A DNA stretch of 64,000 bases from Chiloscyllium plagiosum. Its lineage: Eukaryota. Below are positions 1 through 13,006 of the stretch, piece after piece. Position 1 is the stretch's first letter; each line of letters begins with the position of its first letter. Made by a program: the position numbers and the translations under genes. The notes under the pieces were generated by a model. That model was not told the origin of the DNA, made no database searches, and saw only the letters and a program-made list of their open reading frames with translations. The DNA lies in the NCBI RefSeq assembly GCF_004010195.1, contig NC_057720.1, forward strand, positions 23,052,567 through 23,116,566, read 5' to 3'.

Positions 1-1349
1 ATCTTACCCTACCTACAGATCATAAGAAAACATTTTAAAAAATAGGAGCGAAAGTAGGCCATATGGCCCCTGGAGCCTGCTCAATAATTCAGTAAGGACA
101 TGATGAATCTTTTACATTGCCATATCTCTTGCTTCCATTCATGCCTAAACTGACTTCAGCATTCAGCGCATTCGATAACGCAGCTAAGATTCACAATGTT
201 CATAATCACATGAAGGAAGCTATTTCTACTCATTTCAGAGTTAAATGGCTGTCCATGTATCTGCTCATGTGCTTCAATTCTTCGTTCTTTCTGTTATGGG
301 ATGTGGAAATTACTGGCTGGGCCGGCATTTATGATCCATCTTTAGTTGCTCTTAATAAGGTAGTGGTGAGCTGTACCCTGTTGCAATCCATGTACTGTAG
401 GTAGACCCACAGTGCCGTTAGAGAGGGAGAAATTACCGTAGTGAAGAGTCTTGGAAAATTAGGATAACTTGAATGTCAACTTCTGATTTTCCTTATTTAG
501 TTGACAGTGAGCAGTCACTGTTTCAGATTGATTTATTCTTTACAAAAAGGAGTTGAACAAATTAGCCTCATCTTCATTTTCAGTTCAAAATCCAGACCAT
601 TATCTTTAAGGTATAAAATTCTTATGATTATCTTAATTCATACCTTTGTTTTATCTTTAATAAATAGTTTGAGAGAAATAGAAGTGAGATTGTATCACTC
701 CCCGGTTGGTAAGAAGGCAATAGCTCAATAGTTAATATGTGGAAACTTCAATTCCTTTTAAAGGCTAGTATCGGTGGATCCAGGCACATGGGAGCTGGAT
801 GGAAAAAGAAGCAGTTGGAAAATCTTGTTCCTAAATAATGGAGTAGGTTCAATGGGCCATATGGCTTATATCTGCTCCTATCTTTTAATTCCAATTTTAA
901 GACCCTGGTCTTGATGGGGCTTGTCTACCAGTTTTTCCTCACTGTCTGGGAAAGTTTCAAGTGTTTTTGGATCTCTTTGAAGACTGGTGAGAGTCATTAC
1001 TCATGGCATCGTGCTCTAATCATTGTCTTGCCGGGATCTAGTGTGGACTTTGTTCATAGAAACACATTGAGACCGGATAAAGTACAGAAGCATTTCTTGT
1101 AGCATTGTTGACCTGGTAGAGACATTGGACACTGTTGGAAAGAGAAAATCGTCTCCAAATTTGGCTGTAAAACAAATTTATTTAAATGTCAAATAATTAC
1201 ATGGTGGGACAAGGTCTATCATGATGGATGATAGGAAAGTTCCATTCCCCCTTCTTCACTATTACAACTAATTTAAACAAGAATGTGTACTTGCATCACT
1301 AATGTGCAGTGATTTTGTTTGCTATTTGTACTTCTTGTACTTTCAATCA

Positions 1350-2010
1350 TTTTCAGATTGATGGACAGCTCTTCATCCTAAGAGAATTTATTAACTCTTT
1401 TTTTCTGTTGATTGAACTGTTACGGTAGACTCTCAGGCCAACAATAGTGGACAACATTGCAATAGATCACTGGCAACTCTGCATGATGATCAGCTGAAAA
1501 AGGAAAAGTCAATATGACTCTTTCAAATCAGTCCCCAGGCAAACATTGCACTGTAGTCGTTGCCACAATCTGTGATCACACATATAGGCGACAGATAGAT
1601 TCAGCCACCTGGGTAGCATCCTCTCTGGAGATGTCCTTACCCACAGAGAAGCATCTGTGGATTGCCAATGCTAACTTAGCTTTTGGCAGACTCTGTGAGA
1701 GCCTCTGAAACAAGGAAGGCATCATCCCACACAGTGAGTTCAAAGCTGTCGATCTCAGAGTTCTTTATACCTGTGAAGTTTGGGCAAGGAATATATGCCA
1801 TATATATAAAAAAAAACTTCTATGTAAATTACTTGAGGTGGCTAAAGATGATCAATGGCAAGCCAAGATTCCTGACACTGAAATTCTTTAAAGAGGTGAA
1901 CAAGGCAAGCACAAATACATATCTAATTATGAAGACATAGATAAACTGGTCAGGTCATGTGTTGTGAATGTCTGAAGAATGAATCTAGAAATGTTTTATG
2001 GTGCATTGAC
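1350..2010 (+). mobile_element. Degenerate RTE-clade LINE fragment (RT C-terminal region)
   Basis: Broken frames read DRFSHLGSILS...IANANLAFGRLCESL*NKEGI, KIPDTE and WSGHVL*M...FYG, matching RTE motifs (FTYLGS, RIAKASxAFGRL, WQDKIPDTEVL, LRWAGHVxRM). Many stops and frameshifts. Confidence 0.7.
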
Positions 2011-2244
2011 AATTGGTAAACAATGCTATGTTAGACAACAGAGTGCCTGAAAAAACTCAGGAATGCTGCAAAATAGGCATTTATTATGGGATTCAGCGTT
2101 GGAGTCTCCACATCTACTCTTCATAGCTCCAAACAACATTCGCCTTTGACCTGACCTGTTTTACCTTGCCTCCCTGTCTTTGACTCCAGTCTCAAAAATA
2201 TTGAAAGCACAAAATACAGAACAGCAAACAAAAATATAGCTGAC

Positions 2245-2577
2245 TTTTCCCTATGGTCGGGGAGTCTAAAACTAGATGGTACAGATCAGGTGAGTGGGAA
2301 GGGACACAATTCTCTGGACACAATCCAGAGAGGCAATTTTCTTCCCTACACAGAGGGTGGTGAGTGTCTGAACCAGGCTACCAGATGTAGTGGTGGTGGC
2401 GAGTACAATTTTGTCATTTCAGAAGCATTTGGACAGGCACATGGGTGAGATAGATATGGAGGGATATGGAGCAAATGCAGGCAAATAGGACTAGTTTAAA
2501 CTGTGAAAACCAGGCTGAACAGGCAAGTTGGACCAAAGGGCCAGTTTCATGCTGTACACCTCTATGAATCTATGACT
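2245..2577 (+). mobile_element. CR1 LINE 3' fragment
   Basis: Similar to the CR1 3' ends at 46400-46715 and 60540-60860; ends in a (tctatga)n-type tail. Confidence 0.8.
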
Positions 2578-4414
2578 GATAATATATGAATACATTTTTG
2601 CTTAAAACCATGCGTATCAAAGAACAGGGCAGAATCATCCCAATCTTTCATCACTTTAGTCATTGTGCCATCATAGAATTATTAAATATTTAAATAAATT
2701 TCATATTTGATAGAACCATATAATATCCTCCTTTTGAGGGCAATGTATTGCTAATACTGAATATAAATACCAGTTGATGTAGTCCTGGCTGAGTAATCCT
2801 AATGTTCAACCTGATGCATCCATGACTCACGATTTACTTTGTGGAGACAAATTCCTGGCAAAAATTGATCTCATCCATCATTAAAAAAATCACTGCAGAA
2901 CATTCAGTAATATTTTGTCTTTTTTGATGTCAAATGACAGTTTCTTTTAGAAATAGGAAAATAAATATGACACAATTTAATGTAATCTCCAAAGAACTGG
3001 ATAGAATCTGCATCATAAAAACATACCAACTGGTCTAACTACATATTCCAAACCTCAATCTGCAGTATCTCTATTTACTTTTCCCTTAACTATGCACCAA
3101 GCTACCCCTTCAATGCATCAATGTTTTTAGGGGAAAGGTTTGGTGCATATAGGAGGGCAAAGGAGACTGGGAAAATTAGCATCCTCAGACATAGAACAGA
3201 ACTGGGTAATGTTATGTTGGTTATCAAAAATTAAATTTGACATGAAAATTAAGAGAATAAGTAACACTTGTTCAGAAAATCTAATACACACAGTTGTAAA
3301 TTGTAGTCAGAACTTTGCTAAACATGATGATTAAAACAATAGAACTCTCTGAGGTATCGTAACTGCAGTAGTTCAGTAAGCAGAACAGATCAATATACTT
3401 TTCCAGCTTGGTTGCAATCACAGTTGGAGATGATTTGATCCCAATGATTTGTTCAGCTGGTTCTTTTCCAGATAACATGGTGTATATTAAAGCTGAAAAT
3501 AGATCCTTCAGTCAGAGCTCAATTACTCACAAGGGGCACTTAATGTGAGCAGGTTTTTGTAAATCTTACTTGTGAATTACTGTGTGAATATTTTTCATTC
3601 AAATATTGTAGATGTTTTTGATTTTCTGATTTGATTTTCAGAACTTCTTAATAATTTTAATAATAAAATAGTGCAATTAGATTAATTTAAAATGAAAATT
3701 GTTAAATGGCTCATTTACTTTGTGCCAATAAAAGAAAAACTAACTGAAATTCTAATGAGATGTAATTTGCATAGGATAATTGATGGTTCAACATGTGTAA
3801 GAATTATCAGGACTGAATGTCCTCAACCAATTCTAGCCTGGGTGATCCTCAGGCTGCCACACCAGAAATTTGTTTTACTCTGTTTCCTTGAACTTAGCTG
3901 CATTTTGAAATTTAGATCAACAAATGGCCAGATATTTCCTCTTGTAGGCCATCCTTAGCAGAATATTTAAGTAAGGAAATTAAATTAGTAGATGCTTCGG
4001 CTCTGTAAGTGCTGAAGTAGTATGGTGGTTATTGGCAACAGTGCTGTCTAGCTTCTGTTCAAATGTGGGAGCCTTGCCTGTTGAAAGACCACCACAAGAC
4101 ATATTTGGTAGATATATCACTGCTGCTTGCTCTCTCACATTCTCTAATCTGAGAAAAATGGTGAGAATGTGTGAGGTTTACTTCTGGTTGCAATTCTAAA
4201 ATAAGTGTTTGGACAGAAGTGAGACAGTTAGACCCTTCCTACTTTAGTCCAGTATTTGCATTGGCTGTGGTGTATAAACATTACACTCCCTTCAGGTGAG
4301 CCATAGGAAATCTCCAAGCATTGCATAAGGGACGAAAATCCAGCTTCATGGGTCTCCTTCCTTTCTTCCTTGTATTCTCCATGTGCACAGCAGATGACTC
4401 TGTTATATTTTATA

Positions 4415-4510
4415 CAAAACAGAAGTTGCTGGAGAAACTCAACAGCTCTGGCAGCATCTGTGGAAAGAAAAACAGAGTCAATGTTTCGGGTCCAGTGACC
4501 CTTCAGAATT
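4415..4510 (-). mobile_element. Short Penelope-pLTR-type fragment with decayed hammerhead core
   Basis: Minus strand reads ctgaagggtcactggacccgaaacattgactct...gatgctgccagagctg, the same layout as the other pLTR-type inserts. Confidence 0.5.
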
Positions 4511-4860
4511 CTAACATTTTATGCATTTTTTAAGTTTGAATACTGACATGAAATACTCAGTTCTATTTTTACTAGCAAGAAGTTTCAAACTCATGTGAAG
4601 TCAAACTATTTACTCCTCTTTATTTAGAGGCTATTTCGTGTGAGCTGACATAATTACTGCAACAGATAATATATCTTTAACTCCAGATAGCAATCAAATG
4701 CCAAACATCTATCAGACAATAATAGCACACAGGACAAACATGAGATAAACTATTGTAGAGTCCATCTTACTAAAGTAGAACAAGAGAAGCAAATTATGAA
4801 GTTATACTACCAAAAACATTAGAAGACAGAGTAAAGGATTATGGGAGTAAAATTTACAAC

Positions 4861-5602
4861 TGTTATGAGGATGTAAGGGGTACTGTACTTTTAAGAAAGT
4901 TAAAAGCTAGCAGAACTATCTGACACAGCATCAAAGTAACAATGCAACATTTGGTCAAACAGCTAGAGTAGCTGAGTTGCCAGGAGACAAAAAAAAACAA
5001 CAAATTCAAGTTAAACCAATCAGTTTAAATTATGCTAAAATACCAAATTCAAATCAAGTTTGAATTTAGCATTTTGACAATATTAACGCCAATGAAATGA
5101 ACTGATGCTTTGGGGTATAAAAACAAAAAAAAAATTGAATGGTTGGAGGAGAACTGCCAAATGAATAACAGACATAGGCTGCTAATAAGAATTCTCTGAA
5201 AGATACCTGTTTGGAGAAGGAGTTCGCATAGGAAGAAAGGTCAAAACCAACCTAGAGAGCAAGTCCACAGAGGAAGATACCAAGAGAAGATCTGACAGGT
5301 TTTGAAATTTGAATTTTTCTGTAAATCTTAATCAGGTGTTTTATTGGACTAGTATTGTACAGGGGAATGTAAAAGATAGGTTTCGATAAATGAGTTGTAA
5401 ATAGTTGTTAGTTAATTATTCTCTGTTGGACTTTAAAAAATTAAAGTTGTTAATTTTTACTTTGAATAGTGACTTTTGGGATAGTTCTTTGACTCTCAAA
5501 TTTTAACAGATTACAGCACGGGTTAAATCATTTCTGTGTTGGTGATTTAAATTAGTGGGGGCGGGGTGCGGGGGGGAGCGGTGTTTACCCTGTGTCATAA
5601 CA
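4861..5602 (+). mobile_element. Solo LTR (742 bp)
   Basis: TGTTATGA...TCATAACA 8-bp inverted termini; 4-bp flanks caac/cgac (one CpG-type change); TATAAAA near 5116; ATTAAA near 5440. Confidence 0.75.
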
Positions 5603-7609
5603 CGACCTATCTATATGATCATTCCTCCCAGTGCAGGACACATTTATAAATTCCAGGGAATCAGCCAGATTCATAGCTGACTAATTTACCATGTGATTTT
5701 CCATGCTCACTCTCAAATGTGTAAAAGCATCTTTAAAGGTGAAAATCCTATGCAAATTAGGTCAATTATTTTAAAGCAGGATTTAATATATTTCTTCCTG
5801 CAAATGCACATGACCCTCAGCTTCAGACTTCAATAATGCAGGATAAATAACATATATAACATTTCGCATTTCAGGAAGTGATAATTAAAGTTGTATTGCT
5901 GGATTTAAAAATTCTACTCTGATTTTGGACTGGATGCCCGTGTCCACTAGTGGAGACAGAGATGGATGTGAGGCGAGTCTGCTTGTACCAAAAGCAGAAT
6001 AAAAACCCATCTTTGGACATTTTGTTGATAAAACTTGGTATTTCGAAACAAAGATTTTCATCTCGAATTTGTCGGCGCATTTCGTAAGGATCTCAATTAG
6101 AAGGGAATACAATATAAAGTATGAGAGAAGACTGCTGATTGGTTGAAAAATGGACTCTGAATGGTATTGACGTTGCCATGGAGAATGCATCAGTTTAAAA
6201 GGACTAACAGTTAACTATCAAGCTAAACTTACATTTTAAATAAAGCAGGTTGACTCTGATTGCTCAAGGCATTGCTTTGAGAAATGGTCCAGAGAACGGC
6301 TATCACCTATTTTGTTGCTAAAAAATAGGTATGATGTTCCATCTGTCTGCAGGAATGTGGTTCTGCATATTAATATATGCTACTTCTAGGTCATACAAGT
6401 ATGCTAGACTCTGAACCTGCCTGATAATACTAAATCAATTGTCAGCATAATTCTCCACACATACGGATCATGTAACAAATGTTATCAAGTTGTGGAATCA
6501 TATCTAAGGTTGGATTCACTGTGTTGTGAATTTTGCATGCTTGGGTTCATTATCCATTCAGCTGTCTTTACTCATACAGCTGTATGTGTATACCCAGACA
6601 TGTCCACCAGGGAAACTGATAGGGAGCTATGCCAACTGCAGCAATCTGAACTACAGAAAGCATTAACAAGCAGAATATCCTGCTCAGGATTATGATGCCC
6701 ACAAGGCTGAGTACTCATGCCACTGTCTTCTTCCAAAGTGACTCAGGAGATGTCTGTCAATTTGTAGTAAAGAGATCCCTTAGGTCAGAATGATCAACTT
6801 CATTGACTTTCATAAGAGAAATTAAGAAACATAGGAACAGGAGGAGACCATTCAGTTCCTCAGGTTTGTTCCAGTAATTGCATAGATCCTGGTTGATCTA
6901 TTATTGAGCATAATTTACATATTTTAGTCCTGTGTCATTAATACCCTCACCTAACAAAAATCTATTGATCATAGGTTTTAAATGTTCAACTTACTGAACC
7001 TTAACAGTATTTTAAGGAGAGAATTCCTGATTTCTAATAATGCTTATACTTATAATACTATCCCAAAATGGCCCAGCTCCTTAAACTCGGGTTGTTTGAT
7101 TGAAAAACCAGACTGGGAAGATGGCTCCCCAGAGTCAAAGATTTTTAGCTTCAGTCCTCACTAATGACATCCTTGTGACAAGCAGGCAACGTTGGATGCA
7201 TGTAGGTATTGCAAAAGTTTCGCTGTTAAATAACTGAGGTGAAATGCTGATTAGAAAGAGCCCTGGCATATACTTTTCTACTCAATATTATTTCTACTTA
7301 TGCTGCGCAAACTCCAACAAGACTAATTATTGGTTCCTGTGATAGATACCCAATTAAATGCTCACCCAATTATCCAATTATTAACTTAAAACCTGGTTCC
7401 TCATTCCATTTGGTATTAGGTCAAGCTATTTGGGCCAATCCCTGCCTACTAGATGAAAACACATGCCACCGCTATAGAGACATGTGCAATATGTTGAAGT
7501 AACAACTGTGATCCTACATGCACGATAAGAATATTACAGCTCAGGCTCACCAGGATGTTTGTCATTGTCTGCTGTGTTGTATCACTTTCTTGAAGAGAAG
7601 TCTAATCAT

Positions 7610-8082
7610 TTTTTAAAATTCATTCTTAGGATGAGAGTGTTGTTGGCATGACTAGCATTTATTACTCATCCCTAATTGTCCACAGGGTAGTTAAGAACCA
7701 ACCACTTTGCTGTGGGTCTGGAGTCACGTGTTTCTTTTACTACTTCGTATCTGAAGTTTTGGTACCTTTGTATTTAAGATGGTGCCACGTGTGGGGACAT
7801 TAGGTACTTTTCACCGTAATCCCGTATTTCTGTACTTGAGGACATGTGACAATAAAATCTAAATCTCAACGGAGGCCAGACCAGGAAAGGATGACAGTTT
7901 TCTTCATTAGTAATGGGTTTTTCCAACAACCATTTTATAATCATCATTAGACTCTTAATTCCAGATTTTATTGAATTAAATTTCTATATCCGTAATGGTG
8001 AGATTCAATTTCAGGTCTTCAGAACATTACCTGGGTCTTTGGGTTAACAGTTTAGTGACAATACCACTAAGCTAGTGCCTAA
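7610..8082 (-). mobile_element. Short tRNA-headed bipartite SINE-like element (5' and 3' ends shared with the LINE family at 16111), with a ~135 bp insert at ~7730-7868
   Basis: Reverse complement matches 16111-16410, then joins a tail (ggacaattagggatgagtaataaatgc...gaatgaat) like the LINE tail at 26805-26880. Confidence 0.75.
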
Positions 8083-8221
8083 CCATGATATAGATTAGTA
8101 AAATGTCCACTCAGACTGCATTGAGACCACATTATTAGCCACATATTGGATTGCAGGGTGCAACAGAAAGTTGCCTGAGTAATTATAACTATGCAGGTCC
8201 AAGTAATGTATTGCTCTGTAT

Positions 8222-8520
8222 AGGAGTTGGCTAGCTTGGATAGCTAGCTAGTGATGTGTGGGTTCAACTCCCATACCTTCTTGCTGAAGGGCTCTTGCCC
8301 GAAAATTCGATTCTCCTACTCTTTGGATGCTGCCTAACCTGCCGTGCTTTTCCAGCACCACACTCACAACTTTCAATTCCCACACTAGCTGAGTTAACTA
8401 TGAAGATACTACCTTCTCAATGTCTTCCCTCACTTGTGATGACCCTCAGGTTAAACCATGACCAGTCATCTCTCTCTAATGAGAGAACAGCCCTCTAGGA
8501 CAATGGCAACTTTACCTCTA
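8222..8520 (+). mobile_element. tRNA-derived SINE (second family), interrupted by a pLTR-type insert at 8277-8371
   Basis: B-box ggttcaa(c/t)tcc; body matches the reverse complements of 11350-11562 and 39855-40398. Insert flanked by ttcaactcccatac (8263-8276) / ttcaattcccacac (8372-8385). Confidence 0.65.
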
Positions 8521-9029
8521 CTGCTCCCCTGAACCTGCAGTCGATTTTGCAAGGAGAAAAGTGGCTCAATGAGATCATTAATGCACAGCCAGTAATTTAC
8601 ATTGTAAGCAGCACTTGCCAGCTCAGAGTTTCTATGCACTGCAGTGAAAGTAAGAATCTGTGGCCAAAAGATGCCAGCTGTTGCAACATCTTTTCTGAAG
8701 AAAACAGAAGAGCACAAATTATTAAAATGTTATCTCAAAGAACCAAGTATAAGTCCTCATTTCATTGCATGAGACTGTGGTGCTGGCCTAGCCATTTTAT
8801 ACAGTAGGTATGACCCAACATAAGCATTATGTTGTTAACCATCAGTCTGAGGGAAACCTCCAGTTTCAGTTCCCACTCCCTTGATGTTCTCACAGTCACT
8901 GACTTCTATGGTGACCTCATTGAAAGAAATCAATGGTTTAATCAGTAACTCTGTATGAGTCTGTTTATGTTCATTAAAGTCATACTATCCTGCCAGCAGA
9001 AGAATTGGAGAGGTATTTGAAGATTTAAA

Positions 9030-9910
9030 AAAACCTGCACCAACCAGAGGATATCTCAAATTATTTTACAACAAATACAGTCATAGGCATAGAGCCATAC
9101 AGCACAAAAAAGGCCCTTCAGCCCATTGAGTCTGCAACAACCTATCCACAATAGTCCTACATTCCAGTACTTGGACCATAGCCTTGAATGTTATGCCCTC
9201 TAGGTAAAAAAAGTTTCCTTAAATCCCCCGTAAACCTCCTGCCAATCACATTAAAATTGTGTCCCCTCATTATGAACCCTTCAACCAAGAGGAACTGCTG
9301 CTTCCTTGCCAACCCATCCATTCCCCTCATAATCCTCTACTCTTCAATCAGATTCCCCTCCACACTCCATCCCCCATCCCACCCCACCTCCTTCAGCCTT
9401 CTCTGCTCAAAAGAAAACCCAAGCCCATACAGCCTCCCTTGAGAGCTAAAGTGTTGTCACTGTTGCAGTCTAGGAAAAACGGCATGCAAAATACATACAT
9501 GTAATAACTCTGAGAAATGACAGCATGAAAATGACCAGATAATCTGTCATTGTGCTGTTGATTAAGGAAGAAATAACGCCAGGACACAGAGGGTGACATT
9601 CCTGTAATGGCAAATGGAGCTTTGCTTTATCATTTAATCCCAAATGTGTCACAACCAACAATGCTTCCTTGGTCCTGCACTGAAGTGTTAGTCTGGAGTT
9701 TCATTCCTGATGAAGGGCTATCGCACAAAATGTCGATTTTCCTGCTCCTTGGATGCTGCCTGACCTGCTGTACTTTTCCAGCACCACTCTAATCTTACTC
9801 TGATTTCCAGCATCTGCAGTCCTCACTTTCACCTGGTGTTTTACACTCAAGTCCTAAATTGGAATTTGAAGGTAAGAGTTAAGCATAGTACCAAGACACA
9901 AGCTGATACC
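9030..9910 (-). mobile_element. Old Deu-domain-like SINE, interrupted by a CR1 3' fragment (9080-9440) and a pLTR-type insert (9702-9832)
   Basis: Minus strand has gtgtcctggc...cagattatctggtcatt, which I recall from DeuSINE (SacSINE1/AmnSINE1-type) bodies. Highly diverged. Confidence 0.5.
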
Positions 9911-10331
9911 CAGAGCAGAGTGGCATGGTAAATTGCATGGCCTAAGGGATATCTTGTATATTGTAAATAAAGTTGTTTGGAGAAAAAGCCTCAAATAATT
10001 TTTGCTATACATAGGTTATCTTTTGGATTCCTGACTGCAATAACTGTATGCATTTTAAATTTCAGCAATTAAACAGAACATTCTTTATAGTAATCCAATA
10101 GTGACAGTTATCTACCCAATCTAGTTGTCCTGTTTGTCATGTCTCAATGTTAAATGATTCACTGAAAATGGTTTTAAATCTATGCACACAGGCCAGTTTT
10201 TTTGTGTGCTTATGTATGCATGCTTGTATATGTGCTGTTGTATGTGTGCGTTTGGTCTGTGTGAGACTAAATATATGTGCTAGTGTCTCTGTGATAAAAG
10301 CAAAGAAAATTGGCTTTGGCTTTTATACAGT

Positions 10332-10378
10332 TGAAACTTTATTGCTGGAACAGCACAGCAGGTCAGGCAGCATCCAGG
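10332..10378 (-). mobile_element. 47-bp pLTR-type insert with 27-bp direct repeats
   Basis: gaaaattggctttggcttttatacagt at 10305-10331 and 10379-10405. Insert is nearly identical to 29461-29507. Confidence 0.85.
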
Positions 10379-10516
10379 GAAAATTGGCTTTGGCTTTTAT
10401 ACAGTCAGGCTGAAGCTAACAGGAATTTAAACAAGCCACTCAATAAATACAACAGATCGCATGACATGGAGAAAAGATTTTCCTATGGCTTTCAGGAACT
10501 ACTTGTTGGACTGAAT

Positions 10517-10698
10517 CGGGGGCTCCGCTAACCCCCCCTGCTAAATATGTGGATAGTAATTGTACAGACCTGTATATATGAATGATTACTCTGTCTCTGT
10601 ATGCAAAGAAATGGAATGTTTACGTATGTATGGCATGACCAATTGTACAGATCGTCAAAATATTTTATGAATAAAGTATATTTTTGAAATAAAAAAAA
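10517..10698 (+). mobile_element. 5'-truncated poly(A) retroposon 3' end (L1/Tx1-like)
   Basis: 12-bp TSD gttggactgaat (10505-10516, 10699-10710); AATAAA followed by an A-tail. Confidence 0.7.
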
Positions 10699-11349
10699 GT
10701 TGGACTGAATGGGGTCAGAAACCTACACTGTGTGAGAAACAGTCACTCACCTGTGATTTTTCCTGTATTGCCCAATGGATGGCCAGAAGACAGGCTTGCT
10801 ATTGAGCTCTCAAAACAATAAGTGTTCAAAAGTTTGTAAAACCAAGGAGTTAACTATTTTAGAATTAGGGATATGCATCTGGTTTTCTATCTGGTCAGAT
10901 TCAATTATGAGTACTTATCATGTCCCTTTCTGGGAACTCTGTCAACTGCCAGATTTTGGTCATGGGTTTATTATCATTCAGCCTGGCTGGACAAATTGTG
11001 GAAAGGCACAGATAACATGTTCAAGCTGAGACTTTAGCATTTCCTGTAGGCGTCTGTCTGCTGAAGATGGACTAACCCTCCTGAATTCTCCCTGACTAAA
11101 GCAGTGGTGAGAGTAATGCAAAAGAAACGCAACATAAAACCCTTGGTTTTGTGACTTGCTGAGCCTGTTCACACAAGACTGACTGAGCTAAAATTGGAGC
11201 TTTGGTACAGCAGCCATACAGAGTCCTAGATACTCCATGGAAGACTTCAGAGATCTAATAGATTTGTTTCAGCACATGCTGGAAACAACTGTGACCATGA
11301 AAACAGAGTACTGTTCATTACTTAGAAGGTAACCTGTGAGTATTGTATT

Positions 11350-11562
11350 GTATTGCCATAGTCTCACTAGACCATAGGGTTGCTCCCGCATTAGAGATAA
11401 GTGACTGATGGTGATTTAACCTGAGGGCTACTAGACCTCAGGCAAGGGAAGAGGTTCCTTCATAGTAACCTCAAACCTGTGACAGGAATTGAACCCACAA
11501 TGTTGGCATCCTACAGCTCTGTAAACCAACAATCCAGCCAACTGAGCTAAACTGATTCCCAA
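11350..11562 (-). mobile_element. tRNA-derived SINE (second family)
   Basis: Minus strand has A-box tagctcagttgg and B-box gggttcaattcc; body shared with the copies at 8222 and 39855. Confidence 0.7.
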
Positions 11563-12131
11563 CCTGTAAATATACACTCAGAAAAACATTTTGACCAACT
11601 CTCAAATCATATTATTTACTTCTCAAATTCTCCTTCCCATTAGTAGTCTATTGTTGGCTAACTCTACATAGGAACCAGCTTGTTTCCTGCTCACGAGCAA
11701 CTGGGAGATCTAGCAAAACATCTTTTCTTAATAATTCTCTAGCTGCTCACCAAGCTTATAACGGATGTTCATTAATTGCTCACCGTTCACCAACAGCAAG
11801 TTAATGAGACTCAACTCAAAATGTTTAGAACCTCATAGTGGATAGCAGCTGCAGTAACTTCTCATCCATCAGTGTGGTATCTGCTTCAGGCTAAAATCCC
11901 TTCTTACTGAAATGCCTGTCGGAGAATTATCCAATTTCAAATAAAGCTCGTACGTAGACCTTGTGAAATTGACACGCTTGTTTATTTCATGGTATGGTGG
12001 GAAGAGGTCAACGGCCACTCAGGTACAGAATGGCCACTCTGCACTGATGTGTCAAACCTCTCTGCTCAGTTACAGGCATACACACTTTATAAAGGGTTAC
12101 AAATGGTTGATAGTTGATTACAAGACAATAC

Positions 12132-12250
12132 TTTGACAATACTTTGTCAGCTTTGACAAAGGGTCAGTTAGACTCGAAACATCAGCTCTTTTCTCTCCTT
12201 ACAGATGCTGCCAGACATGTTGAGATTCTCCAGCATCTTCTCTTTTGGTT
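12132..12250 (+). mobile_element. pLTR-type insert with decayed hammerhead
   Basis: Flanked by tta(c/t)aagacaatac repeats (12118-12131, 12249-12262). Contains agct-ttgacaa-agggtcagttagactc-gaaacatc-agct. Confidence 0.6.
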
Positions 12251-12292
12251 ATAAGACAATACAAGTCTAACTACAATAGATAGTTTAATAAT

Positions 12293-12840
12293 TTGTGAGA
12301 TTTGTAGTTCGGGTGCTCGTTGTTGTGGTTCTGTTCACCGAGCTGGGAATTTGTGTTGCAGACATTTCGTCCCCTGTCTAGGTGACATCCTCAGTGCTTG
12401 GGAGCCTCTTGTGAAGCACTTCTGTGATGTTTCCTCCGGCATTTATAGTGGTTTGAATCTGCCGCTTCCGGTTGTCAGTTCCAGCTGTAACCACTTCTGC
12501 GACCACTAAGACTCATAACAGCACACAAACCAACAGCCACTCTCAGACAACAACTCACCAGAACGAAGGACCCGATACCCAGCATGAGCAAAACCAATGT
12601 AGTGTACAAAAGCCCATGCAAGGACTACACAAAACACTACATAGGACAAACAGGAAGACAGCTAACGATCCGCATACATGAACACCAACTAGGGAAGCGG
12701 CAGATTCAAACCACAATAAATGCTGGAGGAAACATCACAGAAGCGCTTCACAGGAGGTTCCCAAGCACTGAGGATGTCACCTAGACAGGGGACGAAACGT
12801 CTGCAACACAAATTCCCAGCTCGGCGAACAGAGCCACAAC
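12293..12840 (+). mobile_element. Penelope-like element remnant: inverted pLTRs around a GIY-YIG fragment
   Basis: Perfect 15-bp TSD agatagtttaataat (12278-12292, 12841-12855). ~150-bp inverted repeats (12322-12469 vs 12692-12840). ORF 12584 reads NVVYKSPCKDYTKHYIGQTGRQLTIRIHEH. Confidence 0.9.
12765..12804 (+). ncRNA. Minimal type I hammerhead ribozyme motif in a Penelope pLTR
   Basis: gca-CUGAGGA-u-GUCACC-uagaca-GGGGAC-GAAAC-GUC-ugc: intact core, stem I gca/ugc, palindromic ACGU helix III. Mirror copy at 12358-12397 (minus). Confidence 0.75.
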
Positions 12841-12881
12841 AGATAGTTTAATAATATCGAAAGAGCTAACAATACTACTGG

Positions 12882-13006
12882 GAGAAAGTGAGGATTGTGG
12901 ATGCTGGAGATCAGAGTTGAGTGTGGTGCTGGAAAAGTACAGCAGATGAGGCAGCATCCAGGGAACAGAAGAATTAATGTTTCGGGCATCAGCGTCCTTC
13001 ATCAGG
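12882..13006 (-). mobile_element. pLTR-type insert with decayed hammerhead
   Basis: 11-bp TSD aatactactgg (12871-12881, 13007-13017). Minus strand reads attcctgatgaaggacgctgatgcccgaaacatt. Confidence 0.75.
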
